Assembly: GCF_009914755.1 (NCBI RefSeq) | Contig: NC_060941.1 | Length of the DNA: 64,000 nt | Reading direction: 5' to 3' (one strand) | From: the human T2T-CHM13v2.0 reference genome, Homo sapiens | Shown: positions 1 to 13,921 of the stretch, piece by piece | Numbering within the stretch: the stretch's first letter is position 1 | Layout: every line of letters starts with the position of its first letter | Made by a program: the position numbers and the translations under genes | The notes under the pieces: model-generated | The model's input: only the letters and a program-made list of their open reading frames with translations | What the model was told of the DNA's origin: nothing | The model's database searches: none

Positions 1-1000
1 TGTTTTTGCTAACTGCACTTTGAATATGTAAATTACACTACTTTTTAGCTGCTATTGTTTTTGATATGAAGCCAGTTGTCAATCTTATTGGAGTTCCCTT
101 GAATGTAATACATCATTTTTGCCTTATTGCTTTCAATATTTTGAATTTATCATGTCTTTCCATGTTTTGATCCTGATGTGTCTGTGTGTGAACCTCTTTT
201 TATTTATGAGAATTAGAGTTCACTGTGCTTTTTGAATATGTATGTTACTGTTTTTCATTAAATTTAAAATGCTATGAGCCATGGTTTATTAGAATATTGT
301 TTCTGTTTCTTTCTTTCTCTTCTCTCCTTCTTGTACTCCTGTTACACATATGTTGAAATGCTTAGTGGTGTCTCATATTTCTCTGAGGCTATGTTTATTC
401 TTCATTTTTCTTTCTGTTTTTCAGATTCCAGAACCTCTATTGATCTAGCTTCAAGTTCACTGATTTTTCCCTCTGTCAGCTCAAGTTTACAGTACAATTT
501 TCCAGTCAGTTTCTCATTCTGCGTATTGTACTTTTAATTTCCAGAGTTTTCACTTGGTTCTTTAGTATAATTTTTATCTTTGTTGATATTCAATATTTAA
601 TGAGATACTGTCATTAGACCTTTCCATAATTCTTTCAGCATGGTTTTCTTTAGTTCTTTATATATATGGATATTTTAAAAAATAGCTGCTTTGAAATCTT
701 TAAGTCTATTCTCTAGAACTCTTAGATGGCAGTTTCTAAATTTGACCCTGCATATGTTATGGTTTCCTGTTTCTTTGCAGGTCTCATGTTTATTATTGTT
801 GTTAAAAACTGGCTATTTTAGATCATGCATTGTAGCAGCTTATGATAGTGACAACCCCTGGTTGTCACTATTGGTTCTTGTTGTTTTTTTCTTAATTTTT
901 GTTTGTTTAGTGACTTGGTTTAACTGATTCTACAGCGTGCAACCTCTGATGTCACTACTCATATTTCTTCACCTTGATTTTCTCTTTCAGCTTGGCTACC
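1..1000 (-). mobile_element. Old L1M (L1MC/MD-like) ORF1/5' region fragment, antisense
   Basis: T-rich sequence resembling antisense L1 ORF1 (e.g. gtcaatcttattggagttcccttgaatgtaat...ttgctttcaatatt); heavily decayed, boundaries approximate. Confidence 0.6.
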
Positions 1001-1104
1001 TAATGTTTATCTTTGTGTAAGTATAAGCCAGTTATTAGTCAAATGTTCTCTGCTCTCTTATTTTCTTGCATTTTTGCCCTTTCTCATTGGATATGTCATA
1101 TTTT

Positions 1105-1609
1105 TGTGATCCCCAAATATCTGCGACAGTTCTCAGTTAACTTAGAAAGTTTATTTTGACAAGGTTAAGGACACACCCATGATGCAGCCTCAGGAAGTCC
1201 TGAGACATGTGCCCAAGAGGGTCGAGGGTACAGTTTGCTTTTATACATTTTAGGGAGACATGATACGTCAATCTATATGCATAAAATGTATGTTGGTTCA
1301 GTCTGGTAAGGTGGGACAACTGAAGAAGGGGCTTCCAGGTTAGAAGTAGATAAGAGACAAAAGGTTGCATTCTTTTGAGTCCATGATCAGCCTTCCTTCT
1401 GAATACACAATATAGTCTGGCTCAGTGAATCTGCATTTTTACGTAAACAGTAGGAGAGAGGAAACAATCAGATATGCATTTGTCTCAGGTGAGCCTCAGA
1501 GGGATGACTTTGAATAGAATGGGAGGCAGGTTTGCCCTAAGGAGTTCTCAGCTTGACTTTCCCCTTAGCTTAGTGGTTTTGGGGTCCCAAGAATTATTTT
1601 CCTTTTACA
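1105..1609 (-). mobile_element. MER4A solo LTR (ERV1)
   Basis: Reverse complement starts TGTAAAAGGAAAATAATTCTTGGGACCCCAAAACCACTAAGCTAAG and ends ...ATATTTGGGGATCACA, matching MER4A termini. Confidence 0.85.
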
Positions 1610-2346
1610 GCTTAAAGGCTGCCATCAAATTTGAGTGAGTTTATGATTTTTTGCCCCATGTTCAACTAGGGACTGGTAGTTTTGAGGATCTCTCTCTGAT
1701 ATATCCTGATAATGCAGTCCCTTGACCATGCACACAAATTTCCAGACTGCTAGTGACCTTATCATTAAGTCTAGCTTCATCACAGTTACCTCTGGGTCAG
1801 TGTCATCTATTGTTCAGTCAGTGTTTAATAAGAGGTTGTGGCCATGAGACTTCCACCCTTTGTTGATGGGTCTGTGTAGGTTTTGGGGAATGCTTTCCAG
1901 TTTACTCTGTATCTTACTCTGACTGATCCTGAGTAGATGGACCCTAGGGTATAATATGCATAGCCCTCCTGAGGCCCAGAGTTGACTAATCTTTGAGGGC
2001 TATTGTTGGCTGGAACTTTCCCTGGATCTCCGTATTGAACTTCTGTTGCTGTAGCATTTTACTCAGAAAGCTACCAGTCTCTTCTTAAATGCTTTCAACC
2101 AAGATCTGTCTTGTTTTAGATATCACTGTTAGACATAAGTTTCTCCATAATCTTTCCAAATAAAGTCAGTGCCTTCAGATTTAGCTGTGGAACTTTGTCT
2201 TTTATGAATTGCCTTGTTCTTTGAGAAGTCTTGTACCACTTCAGAACTGGGAGTGTCTGCTTTCCCTGTAGTGATGACCTTACTTTTTAATTGGGTACTA
2301 TTGGGTGACTGGGTTCCATTCTGGCATAGAACCTCAGCCCTACACA
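1610..2346 (-). mobile_element. Probable continuation of the old L1M 5' region, interrupted by LTRs (resumes about 3709-4180)
   Basis: Composition and motifs typical of antisense L1M 5' ends; low similarity. Confidence 0.4.
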
Positions 2347-3708
2347 TGATATGGACAGGAGACAGGGAAACACTGGGTAGAAGAGGGTGGTTCCTTGGCA
2401 AGCCTGGACCTGTGGCCCTAAGTGGGAACAGGCATTTCTGTTTTCACACTTAAAAAGTTGCCTTTTTCCATGAACCCTATCCTGTACCCATATAAACCCC
2501 AAAACACAGGCTCCAGAAGCAGATGAGCAGACAAGGAGACGAGAAAAACAGATGAATGGCGAATGACGCAGCAGATAAAGAGGAGGGGAAACGTCTGAAC
2601 TCAGAGAGGAGTTTGGCTGGGGGCAGTTGGAGAGGAGTTTGGCAGCTGGATGGCCAGGCTCCAGAGGGGAGATCATCTTCCTGTTACAGGACTCTAGCAC
2701 TTACCTAAAGGTAGCCGTCGGGTCAGGGCTTTTGCACTATAGTCCCTTCTGCGGTCACCAGAAATATGTTACAGGAAAGGTGTCCTGATTTAGACCCCTA
2801 GAGAGGGTTCTTGGATCTTGTGCAAGAAAGAATTCAGGGCAAGTCCACAGTGCAAAGTGAAAGCAAGTTTATTAAGAAAGTAAAGGAACAGAAGAATGGC
2901 TATTCCATAGACAGATCAGCCCCAGGGCTGCTGGTTGCCCATTTTTATGGTTATTTCTTGGTGATATGCTAAACAAGGGGTAGATATTCATGCCTCCCCT
3001 CTTTAGACCATGTAAGGTAACTTCCTGACATTGCCATGGTATTTGTAAACTGTCATGGAGCTGGTGGGAGTGTAGTAGTGAGGAGACCAGAGGTCACTCT
3101 CGTGGCCATCTTGATTTTGGTAGATTTTGGCCTGCTCCTTAACTGCAAACTGTTTTATCAGCAAGGTCTTTATGACCTGTGTTTTGTGCTGACCTCCTAT
3201 CTCATCCTGTGACTTAGAATGCCTTAACCGTCCAGGAATGCACCCAGTAGGTTTCAGCCTTATTTTACCCAGCTCCTATTTAAGATGGAGTTGCTCTGGG
3301 TCACGTGCATTTAACATTCCCACTCCATCCCCCATTCTGGCTTCCCATCCATCCTTCTGAGAGCCACCTCCACCACTCAATAAAACCTCTGCATTCATCC
3401 TTCGAGTCCCTGTGTGACTGGATTCTTCTGGGACACTTGACAAGAGCTTGAGATACAGAAAGCTGTCACACTGGCCCTCTGCCTTTGCAGAAAGGCAAAG
3501 AGTCTGCTGAGATGGTTAACACTTAAGCTGTTTGAAAAGCAGGGCTAAGGGCACACTGGAACACACACCCACTTGGGCCCCTGCACCTGTCCGTCTGCAT
3601 GCTCTCCCTCCCCTCAGAGGTTTGGGCAGTGGTGGCAACTGACCTAACAGGCAAGCCACACCCATGTCCCATGTCCTGGGAGGGGGATCAAGGAACTCTC
3701 CTGTTTCA
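2347..3708 (+). mobile_element. MER50 solo LTR (ERV1), split by a nested MER41A
   Basis: Starts TGATATGGACAGGAGACAGGGAAACACTGGGTAGAAGAGGG, ends GGAACTCTCCTGTTTCA; AATAAA at about 3379. Confidence 0.85.
2682..3316 (-). mobile_element. MER41A solo LTR (core 2767-3316) with an 85-bp 3' extension
   Basis: Minus strand reads TGTTAAATGCACGTGACCCAGAGCAACTCCATCTT...CCTTTCCTGTAACA, then leader-like sequence ending again in TCCTGTAACA; TTCC TSD at 2678-2681 and 3317-3320. Confidence 0.9.
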
Positions 3709-6700
3709 CAAGCAAGCAGGGGCAGGGACAAACAGGATCCCAGTATTCTTTGCCTGTTGTCCTTTGTCCTCTTGCTGTACCTGCCTGGAATGGAGCTTCG
3801 GCAGCATGGGGATGGGAGTTGAAAAATGTCAGTGACAGTCATGTCCTCTCAGAGTGAAACCATAGCCCTAGACTGGAATCTAGGAGAGGGGGTAAAGGAA
3901 TCTCTTGTTTTCTTGGCTGTATCTTGCTAGAGTAGAACATCCAGGCTACAGTTTCCATAACACCTACCCATGGTTTAGGGAGAAGTGAGTGGCTCATGTC
4001 TCGAATGACACAGATTCTCATTGTTCTTACTGAGATTTAGTAGATTTTCTTGAATTGTTGTTTCTCATTTGTTGTATGACCTTGGAAAAATTTCCACAGA
4101 GTTTCAATTATTGGATTTTTTTTCCTTTTAAATAATTTTTACCAGTTGAATTGTGACTTTTTTTTTCTGAGAAAATGGTCTGTCATTTAATGCATAGGTT
4201 TCTAGGTTAATTTCCTCACCATCTTTTGCCCCTTACACTCATGAACCTCCATGCCTTATCTCAACTTTATTATTTGACTTGACACTAAATTTCTTTCCTC
4301 TTTTTCCTCCCTTTTTAAATGTTTCAGATTCTTTTGAATGCTGCGTCAATAGTTTGGTGAAGAGTATTAAATTATATATTAATTACATATTTTATTTAGG
4401 CTCCTTCAGCAAAGAACAAAGATACGTTCAGAATATCTCAGGTGTTGGGAATTTGTTGCTTTGAATCAGAACCTCCATTATTGTCAGGAGAAGTCTTATG
4501 CATAAAATCACTATTAAATATATTCTTGCCAGGAAAAAATATCTTTATATTCATTTTCATCATATCAACTGATATCCAAGACTTGGAATGCACAGATAAT
4601 GCTGTAATATTAGACTGCTGTATGCAAAAGCTCTAGGGACAGAATTTCATTTTTTATTTGAAGAGAGAAATTCTTAGCTACCTTTCAGAAATTATGTTTA
4701 CATCAAATAAATTTTATACTTGTCTAGTGATAGCAATTTGAATAATGGATGTCCTCTCTGTTGTTCAGTTTCAAATTGGTTTCTCATGCAGTCCTAAGAT
4801 TTTAGAGCTGTTTGCTCATTTATGTTTTCTGAAACCAAAAGTATTTTGATCTCATTTTTCACACTGATATTTTCCAACACAGAGAACAATGTTCCAGTTA
4901 TGTAGGAACTCCAGCATCCTAATCTGGCAAAGTGCACACTTTTCCCATGCCTTAAAACAAAACAAAATAGAAAAACACACAAAAATCTCCATAAGATAAT
5001 GTTCTCCAACGAGAACATTAAAAACATTAAAAATCTGTCATCTTTCTTTAAGGCTACTTATCATCTTTATTGAAAAGTGTCCATGTGAAAATAAACTATA
5101 TCACATGTGATACCCAGGAGTGTAAGTGCCCATAAGTGATGAACAATCTTTTAACTTCAGCTAGTTTACAGAAAAATGTTTTAATTCTACTGGTGGCTGC
5201 AAAGCTACATCATAACAAAATTTTACTGGATGTGATATAGTTGATTTGAGCCGGTTTTACAGATCTACGAAACAGGACAAGGGTAGTCTATTTCTGGATG
5301 TATGTGAATGCAATTCTACTCTAATATTTTCTATCCAGAAATAAAAATATGGTAATAAGATACCATGATAGCAAGTAAAAATAGTATACAGTAACTGTAT
5401 TAATACTTTCATCACTATATAAGACAAAATTAGATAATTACCAAGAAAGATGGGAGAGTATTTTAACACTATTTGTGTAAATTCAGTTTTTGAATTTCAT
5501 TGAAAACTGTCTTTATTGTTGGAGTAATGCTAGAAACATCAATTTTATGGGCTGCTTATATTACAAAGCAGTTTTTTAAGGCTATAATAATATTTATAGT
5601 ATATTGATATAATAAAGAGGTGTGACATTTTTTATTCTATCAAGGAAGGACTCAATTTCTGGAAACCTCACTGAAGTGATGTTCACCCCTCTCTCCTTGC
5701 CTGATTCCCACCCAACATTTCTGACACCAGGTTGAAAGCTTGACTTTAATATCTGAATTTCTTTTTCCTTGCCATTTATCATTTTAACTCTAGGTTCTTG
5801 ACTCTGTATTATTTTCTAAATGAATTTATATTTCTGTAAATGGTCAGAAGGAACAGGAATCATTGTTTTCTAAGAAGTTTTATTTGAACGAAGAAAAGGG
5901 AGCAACAATATACCTTTATTTTTTTCTCTTAATGGTTTGCATTTAAAAGTGCCATTTTGATGGATAAGAGCTTCCAGGGAAGACTATTAAATGCATTATT
6001 AGGTAGATCGAGAACAAAAAAGTCTACATGTGCCATTGCGTTAATGCCATTCTTGCTAATGTTTATCCTTGTTTTACATTATCACATTGATTTTTCTTCC
6101 CAATTAGAGGGATAATATGCACTTCATTGAGATTCTAGAGAACTGTATGTCCCTGATCTTTAGGCCTCAGTTTCCTCAACATTAAGTGAGGACACTTAAT
6201 GTTTAACTGAATTAAACAGATTGAAATCTCCCTTTAGTGGAGTGCTTCTAGGATGAAAACAGTAATTATATATCACTGAGTGAAATATTATACCCAAATT
6301 AGCTTATAACTATAGCTTATAGCTTGTAATAATAATACTTATTTTTTTCAGCGTTTTTGTTAGTCCAGTATTTGAAAGAAGCTTATGTGAGCAGATATGG
6401 CTGTATCTCATCAGATTATAGTCAAGATGTTGACCAGAACTGTAGTTGCTGAAAATTTTAACTGGGACTGGAGTGCCTTGTTTAACTCAGTGAGTCAAGT
6501 GCTAGTTCAAATACAATCCCATGAAAATTTCTGTTCCCTGGGGACTAGCTGAGTTTGCTCTGTTATATGATACCAAATAATCCTCTAGCCTCAGCCAGGT
6601 GAGTAGGCAATGAACAAATAGGTCAAAAATGGCACTTGTCATAGAACTTTAATAGACTGGAAAAACCCATTGGCTCTACACGCTCTACCTGTTGAAACCA

Positions 6701-7499
6701 CCACCACTGTCAAGAAACACCAACAGTAGGTAATCTCACTGCGGTTAGATATGGTAACATTTACTTTTAAAAGTTATAGCCCAGTCTATAGCTAATGAAT
6801 ATGATATGACCCATTACACCATAATGCTAGGCTTCTAATGGGCACTTAAGTAGCTGATGATCATTAGATTGCTGGGCTGAGAATGATGAACCAACTGATA
6901 AGTATTTCACTTCATTGCACAATTTTCTTTACCCACTTAAAACCTCTAAATAGTTTAGGGTTAAGAATAATATTTTTAGAGAGCATTACTGACCTTGTGT
7001 GGAAGCATATTTTTACTATGTTTTCTCTGAGAAGGGATCTCTTTACTGATTTCACAGTTCAGACATTTATTTAAGTCATCATGAAAGCTGTTTGTTCCTG
7101 CTAATATCAAACTTTTATGCCTAATAGAGACATAGCATCGCAGGAAATATTTTAGAATTTGTTCATATTTCAGCATAACTAAATGTTGAAACTTTAATAT
7201 TTTTATCATCTCTAAGACAATTGCTGCTAATGGTGAAAGTAAAGAATGCATTTTTTTATGTAGATCTCATTTTTATTTCAGCCTTATATAAAGGAAAACT
7301 AATTTCATAGTTGGAATTCATTAATCACTATACTTTATTACTAAGTTTCTGTAAGTGTTCACACTGTGATCTATCTTTACCAATTGTAATTAGTTTTCAT
7401 TCACTAACAGAGTGAGCAATTTACCTGTATAACCATTCATTCATTCAAGAATCATATAATCTGCATTTTTTTAGGTTTCAAAATTAGAAAAGCCACACC

Positions 7500-7860
7500 C
7501 ACCTACATTATGAAAGAAGATATTTTATTAAAATATTGAAAGTTCAGAGGTAGGACATACTTCAGGTTTGTTTTATACCGGTAGCTCAGGGCTGTCACTG
7601 ATGTATTTGATGGTATTTTCTCTTTCCTTTTCCCTGTCTTCCCTGGAATTAGCAGTATCTTAAACTCTTCTTGAGATTACAAAGATGGCTGCTTCAGCTT
7701 CAGGAGCTGAGTTCAAGTTCAATAAAGTGTCTCATTTCTCAAACATCAAACAGACCTGCTGATTTACAAGTTGATTGAATTAATTTAGATTATTTGCCTC
7801 TCACCACAAATATGTCACTGTTGGCCCTGGAATGTGGTGCACAAGTTGGTTGGCTTTATA
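7500..7860. mobile_element. Old MaLR (MLT1J/K-like) LTR fragment
   Basis: Motifs such as aaagttcagaggtagg...cttcagg and aaagatggctgcttcagcttcagg resemble old MLT1 LTRs. Confidence 0.4.
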
Positions 7861-7993
7861 CTGGCCAATTTCTTTAAGGGAAGATGTTTTCACTGCTGAT
7901 TGATTTTGTTTAGTAATTAAGGGATTATTCAAATTTTTTACTCTGTAGTGAATTTATTTTGTTAAGTTATGTTTTTCTAAGAACTTATTCAGG

Positions 7994-8362
<369 letters not shown>

Positions 8363-8404
8363 TTAATTTACATTTTCCAAAGTTGTTTTTACTCTCATTA
8401 CTTT

Positions 8405-8510
8405 TTAAAAATTTTTAATTTTTTTGAATTATATTTTAAGTTCTGGGATACATGTGCTGAATGTGCAGGTTTGTTAGATAGGTATACGTGTGCCATGGTG
8501 GTTTGCTGCA
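8405..8510 (-). mobile_element. Short L1PA (PA7/8-like) 3' end
   Basis: ttttaagttctgggatacatgtgctgaatgtgcaggtttgttagataggtatacgtgtgccatggtggtttgctgca. Confidence 0.8.
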
Positions 8511-8728
8511 TCCTCTCCTCACTACTTTTAATGTCTGCATCATTGGTTGTGATGTTCCCTTTTTCATTCTGTTACTTATTTGTTTCATTTCTCCTTTATT
8601 TTCTTCGTCAGTCTCAAAAAAGGTTTATCTTTTTTTATTAGTCTTTTCCCCGAACTAAATTTGTTGATTAACTTTATTGCTGTTACTTTGCTGATTATTT
8701 CCTATTCTTGATCATTCTCTTTCTTATA

Positions 8729-9221
8729 TGTATTATTAGTTTTCTAGTGTTGCTGTAATAAGTTACTACAAATTTAGTAGCTTAAAGTAACACAAATTTA
8801 TTATCTTACAGTCTGAAGGTTAGAAGACCAATACAGGTCCCACTAGGCCAAAAGCAAGGTGTCAGCAGGGCTTTGATCCTTTTGGAAGTTCTAAGGAAAA
8901 ATCTGTTTCCCTCCCCTTTCCAGCTTCTCGAAGATCTGTGGCATCCTTACTTTATTGTCAGAATCAGCAATGGCAGGTCAAATCCTCACATTGCATGTTG
9001 GTGATTTCAGTTTCTGCCTCCCCCTTCCACTGGTAAAGAAACCTTGTGATTACATTCAACCTGCTCAGACAATCCCACATAATTTCCCTATTTTAAGATC
9101 AGCTTGTTAGCATCTTAACTTCATCTTCAATCGTCATTCTCTATTGCCATGTAAATTAATGCATTCGCAGATTCTGGTGATTAAGATGGATTTCTTTGGG
9201 GAGCCATAATTCTGCCTGCCA
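8729..9221 (-). mobile_element. MLT1C-like MaLR LTR
   Basis: tgtattattagttttctagtgttgctgtaataagttactacaaatttagtagcttaa...gccataattctgcctgccac. Confidence 0.75.
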
Positions 9222-9224
9222 CCT

Positions 9225-10230
9225 ACTTATTTGGTCTTATTTTTTTCTTTTACTATCTGTTTGAGATAAAGGTTTAACTCATTAGCTTTCAGTGCTTCAC
9301 AGAATCTGAAAATGCCATCAAGTTTATAATCTTTCCTTAAGTACTACATGAGCTGCATCCTCTTTTATTTAGAATACATTATAATTCAGACCAAATTTTT
9401 CTTTTTTTCCTCTAACTCATGGATTACATAGACATGTATTTCTTGATTTATAAATACGGGGCATTTTGCTAGTTTCCTTTTTGTAATTGCTATTAATTCA
9501 CAGTGATAAGAAAACATGGTAATGCAGTCATTGGAAAGTGTTCCAAGTTGCTAGAAAATACTGGATATTTTGAACTTATTTTGTGTGGTGTTTATGTACG
9601 TCCATTGTGGAAAGCTATTTAATCATGTTGTTAAAATATTTTGAATATTTTGTTGTTCTACCAATTACTGAAAAAGTTGTCTTTTAAAAACATTTTATTA
9701 TACATGGGTATTTGTCTATTTTAGTATCTGTTATTTTTTTACTTCATTTTTTGAAGTTATATTATTCAGTGCATACCAGTTTAAAATTGTTATGTCTTCA
9801 TGAATATTTATTTTTATGAAATGATACTGTTTATCTCCATCAATAGAGAATTTTTTTCCAGTAGACTTACCTTGACTAGTCCCAATGTAATCAAAAGGGT
9901 CCTTAAAAGTGGAAGAAGGAGTCAGAGTAATGTGATGTGAGGATTTTGGGTAGCTATTAGGTTGGTGCAAAAGTCATTGTGGTTTTCGCCATTAAAAGTA
10001 ATAGGAAAAATCGCAATTACACTTTTGCACCAACCTAGTAATATGCTTTAAATTGCCTTAAATACTGCTTTTTCTATCATTAGTATAACAGCACCAGCTT
10101 TGTTTTTAGTTGAATTTGACTGCATATAAATTTTCCTCCTCGCCTTTTTAAACTTCACGTATCCTTACATTTCTGCTGTATTGCCTGTAAATAGCTTACT
10201 GCCGTTACCCAGTCTGAACATCTTTGCATT
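9225..10230 (-). mobile_element. Old L1M ORF2 fragments, antisense, containing a small MLT1 piece and a MADE1
   Basis: Decayed antisense ORF2 endonuclease-region motifs (gcataccagtttaaaattgttatgtcttc). Confidence 0.55.
9957..10038. mobile_element. MADE1 (Hsmar1-derived MITE)
   Basis: TTAGGTTGGTGCAAAAGT...ACTTTTGCACCAACCTAG terminal inverted repeats, flanked by TA. Confidence 0.92.
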
Positions 10231-11059
10231 TTCTTTCTTTTTGATCAGATTTCTGTATTATCAGCTCATTCTATATAAAACATAGAACTATAATATAGGA
10301 ACACAATGTCTCTCACTAAAAGGCAGGGAGATTTTAGGGTGCAAACAAGACGGTGAAGGTATAAAGTTCAGAATAATATTGTACGTGATTCTCTGCAGCT
10401 CACAAGACTAGGCTTTTGCAGAAATCTGATTCTTAGAGGAGGGTGTCGCTCTTTTCTACTTCAACCTCTCTTCTCAATTCAGGCTACTCTTGGCTTTTTC
10501 AGTTTCTCTCTTCAAGGCTCTCAAATCAGTAGCCGCAGTCTTTTTTTTTTTTTTTTTTTTAGAAAATACTTCTTTATTTTCCAAAAACTTGGAGCATTAC
10601 AAGTTTTTAAGTGTTCCTTGGATATTCATGGAAGAGGATTCCTAGGAGCATGAAAAAATCATAGTGCTGAGTCCACTCTTCTGAGGCTAATTGTGAATGA
10701 TCCAACTCCAATTCTATCTTTCTTGTCTGTTATTAAATAAATTACCCCTTCCAATAAAATAACCATTAATTATTTTCTCCTAGGCCAGACAGTAAAATCT
10801 CAAATTAAGAAAAATAATTCCCTTTTTACTTTGGCTGAATTTACTGACTCTAGCATATAATAAACATTTTTGTTACTAACGTGCGTTTGTTTCTTTTCTC
10901 CCAACTGAGCACACTTGAAGTGAAAACCACCCAACAAACAAGAGGCTAAGCAAACTACAGTAAACCAAAACATGGATAAGCAGAGACTGATTAGAAAAAA
11001 GAAAAAATAAATAAACCAAACAAGCTCTCTCTTTCTTACCTGCATATCAACTTATTTCA

Positions 11060-11480
11060 TTATGGGTAATGCTGTCTTTTAAAATGGCATCTTCCAGGTG
11101 ACTCCACTGTAAAATTACTGTTTTTTCTTTGTAATTGAGAGTAAGTTTATGGGAAAATACCTAAGGACTATTTAAATGTCCTGCTTTTTCTTGAACTTTT
11201 GCCCGTTTTTAGCATCTATTGATATATAAATATTACTGTGATATTTGCCAAAGGGTGTTTTTCTGTTCTCATAATTTCTTTTATATTTAATTGGTCTATT
11301 ATGTATCAAAGAGCTATCCGCTCCGTTTACTTATTCTACTATTTATTTATATTAGTATGGCCTAATTGATATTTCTTTTACTCAATGCATTACAATCCAT
11401 TACTATAATTATTTAACTTTTTATTTAGTTTTCCCATGTTTGGGGAGTTGGAATACTTTATGATGGCATATAATGCACAG
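11060..11480 (-). mobile_element. L1MC4/5-like 3' region fragment
   Basis: ctccactgtaaaattactgttttttctttgtaattgagagtaag... typical of L1MC 3'UTR, antisense. Confidence 0.6.
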
Positions 11481-11714
11481 CCTATTCATCAGCAGCAATG
11501 AAGAGGAGAGAGAGTAGAATGGAGGTGGAATATACAAAAGATCATTGTACAAAAGCAGTGAGAGCCAAAAAGAAAGGGTACTTTACTGGGACCTTTCTGT
11601 GCATGAAAATTAGCTGTGTATAGAGTTTGCATAATAGAAAAGAACTTGATCAGGGGAAGAAATGGAGGTAAGGAAGATAGAGGTAAGAGAAAGTTACACA
11701 AAAACAGTATTGTT

Positions 11715-11815
11715 GCTGCACTAAAAGTCCAGACTTCACCACTATACAATTTATCCATGTAACCCGAAACTACTTGTATCCCTAAAGCTATTGAAATAAA
11801 AACAAATAAAAATAC
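11715..11815 (+). mobile_element. L1PB3/4-like 3' end
   Basis: tgcactaaaagtccagacttcaccactatacaatttatccatgtaacc...ctattgaaataaaa. Confidence 0.75.
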
Positions 11816-12423
11816 AGCAGCAATAAATAAGACAGTGTTGTGGAATGTTTCCCAAATAATTCCTTCAGAAATTGTGTGACGTAAATTAATTGTGGGGGAA
11901 AAGATATACAGATGATGTTCAGAATCATATATTTTTAATATTCTATCTGATTCTTAAGCAAAAATGTAATTCTTTTTAATTAATATCTTGCTAGTGAAAT
12001 TTTAATTTCTGTACACATATTCTTAAACCACCAATTGACCAATACAGGAAGAATTCTTGCAGAAATAAAGGCCAATATACTAAAATGATCACAAATAAGT
12101 CTATACTCATTTCAAAACTAGGTTATATGAATTAATCCATGTTCACTATTATTTCATTATTAGCCCCATTGTGATTTTAATTTATCTTAAAAATTTAAAT
12201 TGTTAGTCTATGATGAAGATGGTGAATGTGGTTATGGGTGAATATCAATCCAGTTCGAATTTCCCACCTCCACATAACCTTAAAGCAATAAATTGTGGAA
12301 GTACACGAAGACAATCAGGGTTTAGAAGTTAGTAACTTTTTAAGTTTATTATCTGTCAATTACTCAAAACCTGTCTCTCAAACTACAAAATAAGCTTACA
12401 AATAAGTTGTATATCACATATAG

Positions 12424-12824
<401 letters not shown>

Positions 12825-13556
12825 GTCCCTACTAACATTGAGCTAAAAATAGTCCCTGTTACTGATGGGATGTGGCTTATCCTTCAGCTGAATTGAGGCT
12901 GAAAAATATTAAGACCAATAGGTCTAATACTTTCTGATTTTGTTTATTGATTAATCTAGTAAAATTTCCAACAATACTAAATGCTTCTGCTTTTATCTAC
13001 TTTGTTAAAAAAATGCCCTCTCTATTTTCCAAAATTTTTATTCTTTTATCCCCAATGCACAGATTTATTTTTATAGGTGTTAAAAGAAGTTTACTTTTTA
13101 AGATCAAATAACATACACCTCTCTTCAAATAGATGTTCACCAATTATTGATTCTACAGAAGAGTTTACTTTTGTATTAATGATTTAGCTTCACTTAAAAA
13201 ACAACACTAATAGTCATTAGTATATTTGGATCTTTCTGCATGTCTATTTAACATGCAGAAGGAATTAATAGAAACAATGATAAATTATGAAAGCCTATCT
13301 TGATAATCATACCTCAAAATTTTATGAGTATAGCCAAGGCTGTGCAAATAACTCTGAACTTAGTATCAAGACATTAGGGTATCAGTTTAATTTTTACTAC
13401 ACTAGAGTTGTGTAGTCCAACATGTATCTTAAAGTACTTAGACTTCAGTTTTCTCATCTCTGTACTGAATGGGGTTGGATTAGATAATCTCTAATATCCT
13501 TTTAATCTCCAGAGAAATATTATATATATGTATTTTAAAATATTACTGTAACAATT

Positions 13557-13921
<365 letters not shown>

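Noticed and set aside
2960-3010. MER41 interferon-gamma (STAT1) enhancer
   Set aside because: Both copies join the purine-rich GGAGG directly to CATGAAT and lack the tandem GAS (TTCnnnGAA) segment of MER41B
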